59,573 bases of DNA from a virus (lineage: Duplodnaviria > Caudoviricetes), in the IMG/VR virus record IMGVR_UViG_3300033141_001990, positions 1-59,573 of that record; one strand, given 5' to 3'. A program made the position numbers and the translations under genes. The notes beneath the pieces are model-generated. The model had not been told where the DNA came from and did no database searches. It saw nothing but the letters and a program-made list of their open reading frames with translations. Below are positions 1 through 7,923 of the stretch, in pieces. The stretch's first letter is position 1. Each line of letters opens with the position of its first letter.

Positions 1-4
1 GAAG

Positions 5-244
5 ATGGAACCTTTTAAGAAACTACTTGGGTCGCGTAAATTTTGGGTCAGCATTTTGACGGCGGTCACGACCGTGGTGTCGTACTACCGAGATCCTGAG
101 CTTGCGAAGATGCTCATGGTTGTAGGTCTTACGATGGTAGGTGGCCTGGGCTTAGAGGACTTCGGCAAGGCTAAGGCGTCGGTTGTCCCTTCAGACGAGG
201 ACGAGGACGAGGACGAGGAAGAGGAAGAGGAAGAGGACGAATGA
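5..244 (+). CDS. Probable holin (two hydrophobic segments, acidic tail)
   Basis: 79 aa, SRKFW motif followed by two TM-like stretches, first gene of the lysis cluster; ends in 16 consecutive D/E. Confidence 0.55.
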   Translation: MEPFKKLLGSRKFWVSILTAVTTVVSYYRDPELAKMLMVVGLTMVGGLGLEDFGKAKASVVPSDEDEDEDEEEEEEEDE

Positions 245-648
245 ACATGGGTCACCTTATTTTCCTCCTCGGGATAGCGCTATTTGCTACTGGGTGTGGC
301 CCTAGCGCTACGTCTAGAGCTATTGTGGCTCTTAATACAGCTGCGGACGTAGCCGAGAGTGCGAATAAGGTGCTTATCGCGGAGTATGAAAACGAGCAGA
401 GCGCCGCTATTGAGATGGCTGCCAGCCGGGAGGATGCGGAGCGCGAGATCCGCGAGATCCGCGAGCGGTATAAACCAGCGTGGATAGCGCAGAAGACTTT
501 CCGTCTGGTTTGGATCGATGCGGCAACCGCAGTTCAGCTCGTACAGCTATCTGGAGAATCTCCTGATATAGGTAAAATATTTAGACTTCTTGAGCGCTTA
601 GCAGAGGCACAGCGCTCGTTTATCGAGAGCGTTAAGAAGCTAGAGTGA
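241..648 (+). CDS. Lipoprotein, helical; spanin-component candidate
   Basis: Signal peptide with lipobox FATG-C; ATGA overlap with the holin; coiled-coil-like body. Confidence 0.5.
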   Translation: MNMGHLIFLLGIALFATGCGPSATSRAIVALNTAADVAESANKVLIAEYENEQSAAIEMAASREDAEREIREIRERYKPAWIAQKTFRLVWIDAATAVQLVQLSGESPDIGKIFRLLERLAEAQRSFIESVKKLE

Positions 649-681
649 TACAAAAGTTGGTCAATTTAGCTCAACTCAGTT

Positions 682-708
682 AACCTGCGGCTCCTGTCGC
701 AGGTTTTT
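682..708 (+). terminator. Possible intrinsic terminator
   Basis: aacctgcg/cgcaggtt stem followed by a T run. Confidence 0.45.
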
Positions 709-716
709 CCTGTTTA

Positions 717-938
717 ATGGGAGAAGATGTTGTGGATATTGATCCAGCAGTAAAGAAGGTTCTGGAGGGCATCGTGCGGCACGCTGTGCCCTTCGGCTCG
801 TCGATCGTGTCTATCGTTGAGGCTATAGTTAACTCAGTCGAGGCGGAGCTAAGGCACAGGCCACCGTTCGAGGGTCAAACCAAACAAGAATCCGTAGATG
901 CGTCCATAGACCAGAAGATAAAGGACAAGTTTGGTTAA
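717..938 (+). CDS. Hypothetical protein (lysis cluster)
   Basis: 73-aa ORF, TAATG coupling to the next gene. Confidence 0.6.
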   Translation: MGEDVVDIDPAVKKVLEGIVRHAVPFGSSIVSIVEAIVNSVEAELRHRPPFEGQTKQESVDASIDQKIKDKFG

Positions 939-1507
939 TGGTACGCTCAGTAGCCGTGATTGCTTGGGCTATAGGCGTGGCGGCCCCCAGCGTACCGGGG
1001 CCTACTGCTACTGTTTATGCTCAGCGCATCCAAAAAGAGGCAAAGCGGTACAAGATTGACCCGTTCACGCTCGTATCGATCATACGGAACGAGTCGAGGT
1101 TTAGGTCTTCAGCTATCAGTAAGGACGGAGAAGATCACGGGCTTGGGCAGATTAGAGCCAGGTTTCACGGCGGGTGCAGGAAGGACAAGGAGCCTCTTAG
1201 GAGCCCGTCTGCTGCGTGTAAAGCCACTAAGGCAAAGCTACTGCACGGACCAACCAACATCGGTTACGTAGCTAGAGCAATAGACAGATGGAGGAAGAAA
1301 TGTCGCAAGATAACGGGCAAACCAGCGTTATTCGCAAGGTGGCTTCACGGCTACGGGGGAATGGGGAGCTTCAAGAGGAAACACCTATGCGGGATGAAGA
1401 AAGTAAGGGGAGTGTGGGTGGACCTACCAGTCCGACCGCTGCTGAAGCGGATAACAGGGTACCGAAGACACCTAATCAGGCTCCTGCGAAAGCGTCGGCG
1501 GCGATAA
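938..1507 (+). CDS. Lytic transglycosylase (SLT domain) with hydrophobic N-terminus
   Basis: IDPFTLVSIIRNESRF...AIS...GLGQI matches SLT motifs I and II (catalytic Glu in ES). Confidence 0.8.
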   Translation: MVRSVAVIAWAIGVAAPSVPGPTATVYAQRIQKEAKRYKIDPFTLVSIIRNESRFRSSAISKDGEDHGLGQIRARFHGGCRKDKEPLRSPSAACKATKAKLLHGPTNIGYVARAIDRWRKKCRKITGKPALFARWLHGYGGMGSFKRKHLCGMKKVRGVWVDLPVRPLLKRITGYRRHLIRLLRKRRRR

Positions 1508-1713
1508 GCTGGGGTGTTAATTCTCAGCTTCCGCACCACGAGGTCTTAAGAGCGATCCTTGAGAGGCTTCAGGCCCTATCGGAGGGTGGCGCGCAGCGCG
1601 TGCAGGTTCCTCCGGACATACTCGGATTCTTACAGAAGGCTACTGTGGTTTTCCTGGATCACCAGGGCAGGCCAGTTGAGTTTGAACGCGTAGTTGTAGC
1701 TTGGGAGGAGTAG
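1300..1713 (+). CDS. Hypothetical protein overlapping the 3' end of the SLT gene
   Basis: GGAGG at 1290-1294 before ATG 1300; ends next to the following gene. Confidence 0.5.
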   Translation: MSQDNGQTSVIRKVASRLRGNGELQEETPMRDEESKGSVGGPTSPTAAEADNRVPKTPNQAPAKASAAISWGVNSQLPHHEVLRAILERLQALSEGGAQRVQVPPDILGFLQKATVVFLDHQGRPVEFERVVVAWEE

Positions 1714-1716
1714 AAT

Positions 1717-2121
1717 ATGGGTAACGGAATGGTAATGGTCGCTAGTTTTCTAATGGGGTTGCTCGCCTACACGGCAGCAAACTTCATTAGGAACCTATCC
1801 GATGGCTCGAAGATCCCGAAAGACATGGCGGGCTGGAACGAAGAGGTCGAGAACGCCTGTATGAATGTAATACGAGCAAAGCTATACGTTGCCACAACAG
1901 AGCGACGCCTTTCCGATCTTGTTGGAGAGGTGCCAGCTGACTTCAACAGTATGATGTTTAGCGCTCCAGCTATAGCTCAGGCTGTAGAGAAGGCTGCGAT
2001 GGCGAAGATAGAGTCGGACGGGGACCCGCCTACCCCTCGCTTTGCTACGGTGACCCCTATATCTGGTCCTGCTGACGACCATACGTGGATCGCTGGACAG
2101 CTTCTACGGAAGGTTTGCTAG
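1717..2121 (+). CDS. Membrane protein (N-terminal TM segment)
   Basis: GGAGGAG RBS; hydrophobic residues 5-23; TAGTG coupling to the endolysin. Confidence 0.6.
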   Translation: MGNGMVMVASFLMGLLAYTAANFIRNLSDGSKIPKDMAGWNEEVENACMNVIRAKLYVATTERRLSDLVGEVPADFNSMMFSAPAIAQAVEKAAMAKIESDGDPPTPRFATVTPISGPADDHTWIAGQLLRKVC

Positions 2122-3620
2122 TGAAAGGGTCTTCCTGGTTCGAGTCACTGCCGGAAAACATAGAGGACAGAGAAAAAGAGATTCTCGATGCGGTATCCAG
2201 TGGCCAAGTTGACCTGCTTTGGACCCCTGTTTCTATATCAGAAGACCTAACCGTATTCACCACTGCCGACGCGCTAAGGATTGGCGAGTCTGGGGACTCC
2301 GTTAGAGTCTCAATGACGTGCCTTACTCAGCAGCGCGTTGCGGACATGCTGGGCGCATACCTTCCGACAACAAAACTGGTGGATGATATATGGGTGAGGT
2401 CCTCGATTCGCATAGGGCCTTTTCCTCAACCTATTAACTCCACTAAAGCGGGGATGCTGAAGCATCACGAGGAGCTGGAGGGGGCTCGCGCTGGTAGAAT
2501 GGGGCTTATCTCAGGATGGAAAGACTGGACGGTTGGTAAGCGTCTAATCAAGAACCCTAAGTCTGCTCAAAACTACGGCTGGCATATAGATACGACAAAG
2601 GATTCCTGGAAGGGCATCCGTCTTCATAATGGGGCAACTGTTGGCAAGGTAATCCAACCAGCGAGCTTAGCCCATGACGTTCATCACGTAGACTATTCAC
2701 AGCTATGCCGACTTGTAATGCGCAAGGGGATATACCAGGGGCGATTGGTTGACCTTTCGGAACTCATCACACAGCCAGCCCATGCCGGGGGCCTTAGCTC
2801 AGAGGGTGCCATCTCAACAGGAATGAGACATCCTGGTATAGAGCAAGTAGCTACGGATGAGGCAGAAGAGGGCCCTCTTGATATACAAGGTCCTGATTCA
2901 GCTCCACAGGCTACTACGCTTGGCGACAAGGGGCCTGCTGTCAAAGAATGGCAAGAGTACCTGATCCATATGGGGTACGGGTCTGCCCTTGAGCCGTGGG
3001 GGGCAGACGGAGATCATGGACCCGCTACAGAAAGAGCCACAACTCAGTTTAATGCCGCGCTCGAATGGGAGGTGGCGGCAGCCTCTAAGTCAACCCTGAT
3101 AGCTCGAAACTATACACCGGCAAACCGCAATGAGGTTAAGTGGGTAATGATCCATACGATGGAAGCGCCCGAAAAGGAAAACACCTCGGAGGCGGTTGCC
3201 AGTTGGTTTGCGGGACCTAATGCTCCTAAAGCCTCCGCCCACTACTGCGTGGATAGCGACTCTATAGTGACGTGCGTACTAGAGCATCACGTTGCATGGG
3301 CATGCCCAGGTGCAAATAGGTACGGGGTACACTACGAGCTAGCTGGGTACGCCAAGCAAGATAGCGAGGACTGGTCTGACAGCTTTAGCGAGTCGATGCT
3401 GAAGATTGTTGCTCGATACGCCGCAGATACCGCAAAGATGTGGGACATACCCATAATTAAGATCGGTCCCACGGATATGCGTGCCGGCAGAAAGGGGTTC
3501 TGCGGACACGTAGACGGGAGCAAAGCGTTTAAAAAGAGCACCCACTATGACCCTGGTCCACACTTCCCATGGGACGAGTTCATTGAGCTTGTAAAAAGTT
3601 ACAGCAAACTGCTGGCGTAG
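2121..3620 (+). CDS. Modular endolysin: unassigned N-terminal domain + peptidoglycan-binding domain + N-acetylmuramoyl-L-alanine amidase (Amidase_2)
   Basis: GDKGPAVKEWQEYL...DGDHGPATERA (PG_binding_1-like); IHTME, SAHY, AW, GH.D, DPGP.FPW (Zn amidase); GTG start at 2121 is in frame with ORF 2085. Confidence 0.85.
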   Translation: MKGSSWFESLPENIEDREKEILDAVSSGQVDLLWTPVSISEDLTVFTTADALRIGESGDSVRVSMTCLTQQRVADMLGAYLPTTKLVDDIWVRSSIRIGPFPQPINSTKAGMLKHHEELEGARAGRMGLISGWKDWTVGKRLIKNPKSAQNYGWHIDTTKDSWKGIRLHNGATVGKVIQPASLAHDVHHVDYSQLCRLVMRKGIYQGRLVDLSELITQPAHAGGLSSEGAISTGMRHPGIEQVATDEAEEGPLDIQGPDSAPQATTLGDKGPAVKEWQEYLIHMGYGSALEPWGADGDHGPATERATTQFNAALEWEVAAASKSTLIARNYTPANRNEVKWVMIHTMEAPEKENTSEAVASWFAGPNAPKASAHYCVDSDSIVTCVLEHHVAWACPGANRYGVHYELAGYAKQDSEDWSDSFSESMLKIVARYAADTAKMWDIPIIKIGPTDMRAGRKGFCGHVDGSKAFKKSTHYDPGPHFPWDEFIELVKSYSKLLA

Positions 3621-3716
3621 CATGATGCTGGCGTGTTAACCTGCACCAGCAGTCATCGATTTAGTCATCGGTTGTTGTGGTGCTCAGATAGCCTCTCCCA
3701 ATAGGCTAACTGGGAG

Positions 3717-3758
3717 CCCCGGATGTTTTCCCTTCTTTTGACATCCGGGGATTTTTTT
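3717..3758 (+). terminator. Intrinsic terminator ending the late/lysis transcript
   Basis: ccccggatgt/acatccgggg 10-bp stem then T7, at the convergence of + and - gene blocks. Confidence 0.75.
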
Positions 3759-3832
3759 GTCCGGAATTAGGTTTAAGAAAATTAAACTAAAGGTGGCAGC
3801 CACGCACCCAAATCGGCTCTATGCTGCCGGAA

Positions 3833-4162
3833 TTATAGTGGCGGGGGCGTCGGACGTATCTCTTTTGATACTCGTCTGGAGGTTCCGGATTGCGAATACT
3901 CCAGAAGCTCGCGAGCCAGAGACGCCCATAGGCGGGAGAGGGCCAGCCGGCTCCACTCTACGCTTGGCTTGTTGCGGTCATGAAGACCTGAGTGGCACAT
4001 GCGGCAGAGGGGGACAGTCATCGAGTCTGGCTGCTTCAGTCCCATCCCTCGCGACGTAACGTGGTGCGCGTCGCTAGGTCGCAGGCCACAGCTCATACAC
4101 GGCAGCTGTCGTATGAACTCTAGCCAGTCTGGAGACTTCATCCAGTCCTCGTACTTAGGCAT
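3833..4162 (-). CDS. DUF968-like Zn/HNH-type protein
   Basis: QLPCMSCG..DAHH..GMGLK.PD..TVPLCRMCH motif. Confidence 0.75.
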   Translation of the reverse strand: MPKYEDWMKSPDWLEFIRQLPCMSCGLRPSDAHHVTSRGMGLKQPDSMTVPLCRMCHSGLHDRNKPSVEWSRLALSRLWASLARELLEYSQSGTSRRVSKEIRPTPPPL

Positions 4163-4529
4163 GGCGAGCCCTAACCTCTACCTCTACGGCATAGATCCTA
4201 ACCCCTCCCGACCTCTGGCTGCAAACCCACTCTACACGGCTGTCGCCATCGTCGATTCCTATCCAATCGGCAACCCCGTCCCTCACCGACTTGAGCGCGA
4301 CTGCAAGGTTGTCTGTATCGAGCTTCCGCGGGGCCACCCTCGTTAGGGTAACGACGAGCGGGGGCTTGGGCGTGTGGCTTCTCGATAGAACGAGGCGAGC
4401 CAGTGCCCTCTCGTTACGGCTACGCTTGGCCCTCTTCGCCCAGTGCTCTCGCATGTTCGCCAGGCTCCTTGTCCTTAGCGGGAGCGATACGGAAACTATC
4501 GGCTCATCGGGTTCATTCACTTTAGTCAT
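4155..4529 (-). CDS. RusA-like Holliday junction resolvase
   Basis: LDTDNL..ALKSVRDGVA..IGIDD acidic RusA-type motif; start codon uncertain (ORF open to 4604). Confidence 0.7.
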   Translation of the reverse strand: MTKVNEPDEPIVSVSLPLRTRSLANMREHWAKRAKRSRNERALARLVLSRSHTPKPPLVVTLTRVAPRKLDTDNLAVALKSVRDGVADWIGIDDGDSRVEWVCSQRSGGVRIYAVEVEVRARHA

Positions 4530-4559
4530 TATGTTTCTGGGGTGTAGATTACGCAAAAG

Positions 4560-4604
4560 TTGAGTGGGATAATAGCGCATGTCCGCAAAGATTATCCCAC
4601 TCAA
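4560..4604. promoter_or_regulatory. Perfect 14-bp inverted repeat enclosing the Xis-like start codon
   Basis: ttgagtgggataat-N17-attatcccactcaa. Confidence 0.7.
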
Positions 4605-4920
4605 TACTCACCCGAAGCGCCTCATAAGGATCAATGATGCGGCTAGTATCCTCGCCTGCTCTCGCTCTCTGATCTACTCGCTCATGGAAAGCAAGCAGCT
4701 GCGATACGTGAAGCTAGGCAGGAGCCGGCGTATCCCGCTAACAGAAGTGTACGACTTTATCGACCGAAACCTAGAGAGGTCTGTCCCGACTGATCCTGAA
4801 GAGGAAGGCGACCCGTCCCAGAGCACACCGGGCAACACCTATCAGCCGGTTTGGGCGGAGTGGCATCCTTCGGCAACAGTTTCCACTCTAAGATTCGGCG
4901 TCGAGCCTCCTCAGTTATAG
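4579..4920 (+). CDS. Excisionase-like HTH DNA-binding protein
   Basis: LIRINDAASILACSRSLIYSLM...LRYVKLGRSRRIP pattern (HTH_17/Xis-like). Confidence 0.75.
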   Translation: MSAKIIPLNTHPKRLIRINDAASILACSRSLIYSLMESKQLRYVKLGRSRRIPLTEVYDFIDRNLERSVPTDPEEEGDPSQSTPGNTYQPVWAEWHPSATVSTLRFGVEPPQL

Positions 4921-5179
4921 AGCTAAGGTCTAGCCGATACTCCCAACGCCCCTTAGAGCGCTCGGTTCGTTTTGTTTCTATAGTCATAGATCCGAACTGA
5001 GACTCACGAAGAGATCGCACTCGCGCTCCCCAGTTCGCGCCGCCGACCTCGCGAAGCTCCGAAGGGGTATGCCACTCGCCATCCAGCATAAGAGAAAACA
5101 CGCGCTGGACATTGTTGGTGAGCCTCGTCTCGTCAATGCCCTTGTCGTATGTGTGTCCGTGAAACTTAACCCCGCTCAT
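4757..5179 (-). CDS. Winged-HTH-like protein with C-terminal CxxCxGxG
   Basis: VFSLMLDGEWHT..EL....GARVRSLR; ATGA coupling at 5176-5179. Confidence 0.55.
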   Translation of the reverse strand: MSGVKFHGHTYDKGIDETRLTNNVQRVFSLMLDGEWHTPSELREVGGANWGARVRSLRESQFGSMTIETKRTERSKGRWEYRLDLSSITEEARRRILEWKLLPKDATPPKPADRCCPVCSGTGRLPLQDQSGQTSLGFGR

Positions 5180-5328
5180 AACGCCCACGGCAGATGAAGA
5201 AGGGCCAGCGCAACATAGACTCCGATGCCGGCCACGATGCCGTCCACCGTGCAACATCTGTCATACACGGTCAGGTCAGAGTCCGGCGCAAAGCCGAAGC
5301 GCCCGGACATTCCGAAGTCCTCCCTCAT
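5176..5328 (-). CDS. Small membrane protein (50 aa, not in the ORF track)
   Basis: MREDFGM...GIVAGIGVYVALALLHLPWAL; ATGA overlaps at both ends. Confidence 0.55.
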   Translation of the reverse strand: MREDFGMSGRFGFAPDSDLTVYDRCCTVDGIVAGIGVYVALALLHLPWAL

Positions 5329-5774
5329 GACCACTCCGCCTTATCTGCCATCTCGCGGTCTTCATACATAGCCTCTGCGTGCTGCTGAAGAATCTCCTCC
5401 TCATGTTGCTCGCGCGACACAATCCCCAGGTCACCAACGCACATCCCGGTCATAAGGTGAGTCTCATCCCATGACCAAACTCCAGACGTGCAATCAGGCT
5501 CCTCTCCGCCAAAGTCTGGAAGGCTATCCGAGAGGGGTATGATTCCTGCCTTGATCGCGTCAACGAGCGAGAGGAGAGAGTCAGGACTGTATAGCAAAGC
5601 GCCACCCCCCTCAAACACAACCGAAGCCGTGCCGTCAGTCACGACAGTGCGCGAGTGGTTCCACTGTTCGTCGATTTCTAACCCGTCGAACTTATCGCTA
5701 AGAATCGCCCGCGCAAGCGGGTGGTCGATCTGGGATAGCGTCTCGCGGTGGTGGTCTCGTATAGCGTCTAACAT
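5325..5774 (-). CDS. Hypothetical protein
   Basis: Good RBS (AAGGGAG), acidic 149-aa ORF. Confidence 0.65.
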   Translation of the reverse strand: MLDAIRDHHRETLSQIDHPLARAILSDKFDGLEIDEQWNHSRTVVTDGTASVVFEGGGALLYSPDSLLSLVDAIKAGIIPLSDSLPDFGGEEPDCTSGVWSWDETHLMTGMCVGDLGIVSREQHEEEILQQHAEAMYEDREMADKAEWS

Positions 5775-5820
5775 GATGTTCTCCCTTTGGTTGTGGTGTA
5801 CTTCTCTCGGTCTAGTCGGT

Positions 5821-6003
5821 TCATGGTTTATCCCTTTTCACTTTACTCTCAATAGCCTCGGCTCCCCTTTTAGCTGTTTCGATTTCTTGGTTGTTTTTGA
5901 ATAGCGCTCGCATCATGGAGGACGAGGATAGAATCTCGTCCAAAACATCGGAAAGAATGCGAGCCTGTGCTGCGGACATGCGTATGGTTACGTTTCTAGG
6001 CAT
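5821..6003 (-). CDS. Hypothetical protein
   Basis: GGAGG RBS before ATG 6003, overlapping the MTase stop. Confidence 0.5.
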   Translation of the reverse strand: MPRNVTIRMSAAQARILSDVLDEILSSSSMMRALFKNNQEIETAKRGAEAIESKVKRDKP

Positions 6004-6553
6004 TGCCAACCTCCCGATTGCGCTCTGCGTGGGTAGGCTGCGCCATAAGAGTGCATAGTGGCATCCTCTTCCCGTGATACTTTGCCCCACCATAAGGACG
6101 GAAGATTAGGATAGCGCTGCCCTTTGGTGCCCCGTTCTTCACCTCCTCCCTCCTGTCATTAAGGAACTTCACGCGACCCGTAATGAACCTTATCTCGTTC
6201 GCGAAATCCCAAGACCGGCACCACCAGATCGTGTCGGTGCAGGCCGACATAAGCATTACGACGGTGGCACCCTTCGCCTGCTCCTGTATTGACTTCTCTA
6301 CCCACTTGCCAACTCCCCTTCCGTATGGAGGGTTCACGAACACAGCTTGAGGATCTCCAGATAGTGTTCTAGACCAGTCTGCAACAAGCCCTGCCGGATT
6401 CATCAAGTAGTTATGGCAAAGCGCGTTGTGCGGGGATGCTGCTGCGTCGAGGGTGAACCTAAATTCCCTATCGAGTCTCTCGAAAAGCCATCTTGGCGTC
6501 CTCCAGTCATCCCTTGCAGAGCTATGTATTATTTTCCAGTCATCGTGTGTCAT
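5996..6553 (-). CDS. dam: Phage DNA N6-adenine methyltransferase (Dam family)
   Basis: W.TP..LF..LD.EF.F.LDAAAS..NA motif and VFVNPPYG catalytic motif. Confidence 0.88.
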   Translation of the reverse strand: MTHDDWKIIHSSARDDWRTPRWLFERLDREFRFTLDAAASPHNALCHNYLMNPAGLVADWSRTLSGDPQAVFVNPPYGRGVGKWVEKSIQEQAKGATVVMLMSACTDTIWWCRSWDFANEIRFITGRVKFLNDRREEVKNGAPKGSAILIFRPYGGAKYHGKRMPLCTLMAQPTHAERNREVGNA

Positions 6554-6567
6554 CGCATGTTCCCTTC

Positions 6568-7923
6568 TTAGTAATTCTGTTCTTCAAAAGACGCGCATCC
6601 GGAATAGAACCTTAGTGGCACCACCCCGGTTGGACCGTTTCTCTGTTTTGCTATGATAAGTTCCGTGCTCCCGTCGTCGTTATCCCTGTCGTAGTATCCT
6701 GGTCTGTATAGGAATAGAACATTGTCGGAGTCCTGTTCTATGGCCCCCGACTCTCGCAGGTCCGAGAGCATAGGGCGCTTATCTGATCGCGACTCGACTG
6801 CTCTGGATAGCTGGGATACCATTAGGACCGCTATACCAAGGTCTTTTGCCAGTCCCTTAAGGCCGCGGCTCATCTCGCTAACCTGCTGCTCCCTGCTGCC
6901 GTCGCGTGACGCTGGGCGCATGAGCTGTAGATAGTCTACCACTACTAGCTTAAGCTCCCTCCCCTCCGATCGCGCCATTGACTGCACGCGACGGGCCTTC
7001 GCTGAAATCTCGAAAAGGCTTGCGCTGGCCGAGTCGTCTACCCATAGCGCTCTCCCGATCTTATGCAGGGACTCGCTAGCGTTTACGATGTTGTCCCAGT
7101 CTACCTCGCGCACCTCGCCACGACGTAGAAGGTTGAGGTTAACCCCAGCGTCTAGGGCAACGAGCCTAGTTACAAGTTGCTCGGAACTCATCTCCAGCGA
7201 AACGACTAGCGCGTCCTGCTTAGACCTGGCCAGGTTAAGCGCGAGCTGCATGGCAAGCCCGGTCTTTCCCATACTGGGTCGAGCAGCAAGCGTCGTAAGG
7301 TCTCCAGGAAACCATCCAGAGAGTAGCCTGTCGAGCCCACCTATACCGGTAGAGGTGGCACCGAGTGCCTCCCGGTTCCCGGAGTTAAGTGCCTCAAGTC
7401 GCTCATAGCAGGGCTTAATATAATCGCTCACCCTCTTTAACCTGTCGTGGGTTCCCTCGGATACGATCTTCCATACCTGCGCCTGCGCCTCCTCTGCAAA
7501 CGATGTAGCCTCTCCGCTAGGAACCACATAACCTTCAGCTGCGAGCCTATGGCATAGTGAGATTAGCTCACGCAACCGAGCGCACTCTCTAACGGTAGTT
7601 GCGTGTGACCTCACGTTGCGTATATGTGGAGAGCAGTCCACCACCCCACCTAGATATGACACGCCACCAGCGCGACTCATCTCGTCGCGATCTCGCAGCA
7701 CGCCTGCAACGGTAACCACGTCAACGGCACTGCCCCCCTCTGACACTGACAACACCGCATTCCAGATCAGCCTGTGTGCGTCTGCATAGAAGTGTTCTGG
7801 CGCGAGAACCCCAACGACGTTATCAAGTGCGTCCTGGCTCAGAAGCACAGCGCTAAGGACCGCGCGCTCGGCTTCAAGATCGTTAGGAGGGACAGCCCCC
7901 GCTGACGCCTTGCGGCGCATCAT
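6568..7923 (-). CDS. dnaB: Replicative DNA helicase DnaB
   Basis: PPNDLEAERAVL N-domain, AARPSMGKT Walker A, VVVDYLQL, SQLSR, LRESGAIEQDSD, KQRNGPTG. Confidence 0.97.
   Translation of the reverse strand: MMRRKASAGAVPPNDLEAERAVLSAVLLSQDALDNVVGVLAPEHFYADAHRLIWNAVLSVSEGGSAVDVVTVAGVLRDRDEMSRAGGVSYLGGVVDCSPHIRNVRSHATTVRECARLRELISLCHRLAAEGYVVPSGEATSFAEEAQAQVWKIVSEGTHDRLKRVSDYIKPCYERLEALNSGNREALGATSTGIGGLDRLLSGWFPGDLTTLAARPSMGKTGLAMQLALNLARSKQDALVVSLEMSSEQLVTRLVALDAGVNLNLLRRGEVREVDWDNIVNASESLHKIGRALWVDDSASASLFEISAKARRVQSMARSEGRELKLVVVDYLQLMRPASRDGSREQQVSEMSRGLKGLAKDLGIAVLMVSQLSRAVESRSDKRPMLSDLRESGAIEQDSDNVLFLYRPGYYDRDNDDGSTELIIAKQRNGPTGVVPLRFYSGCASFEEQNY

Noticed and set aside
2137-2150. tRNA T-loop-like GGTTCGAGTC
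   Set aside because: Inside the endolysin gene with no cloverleaf
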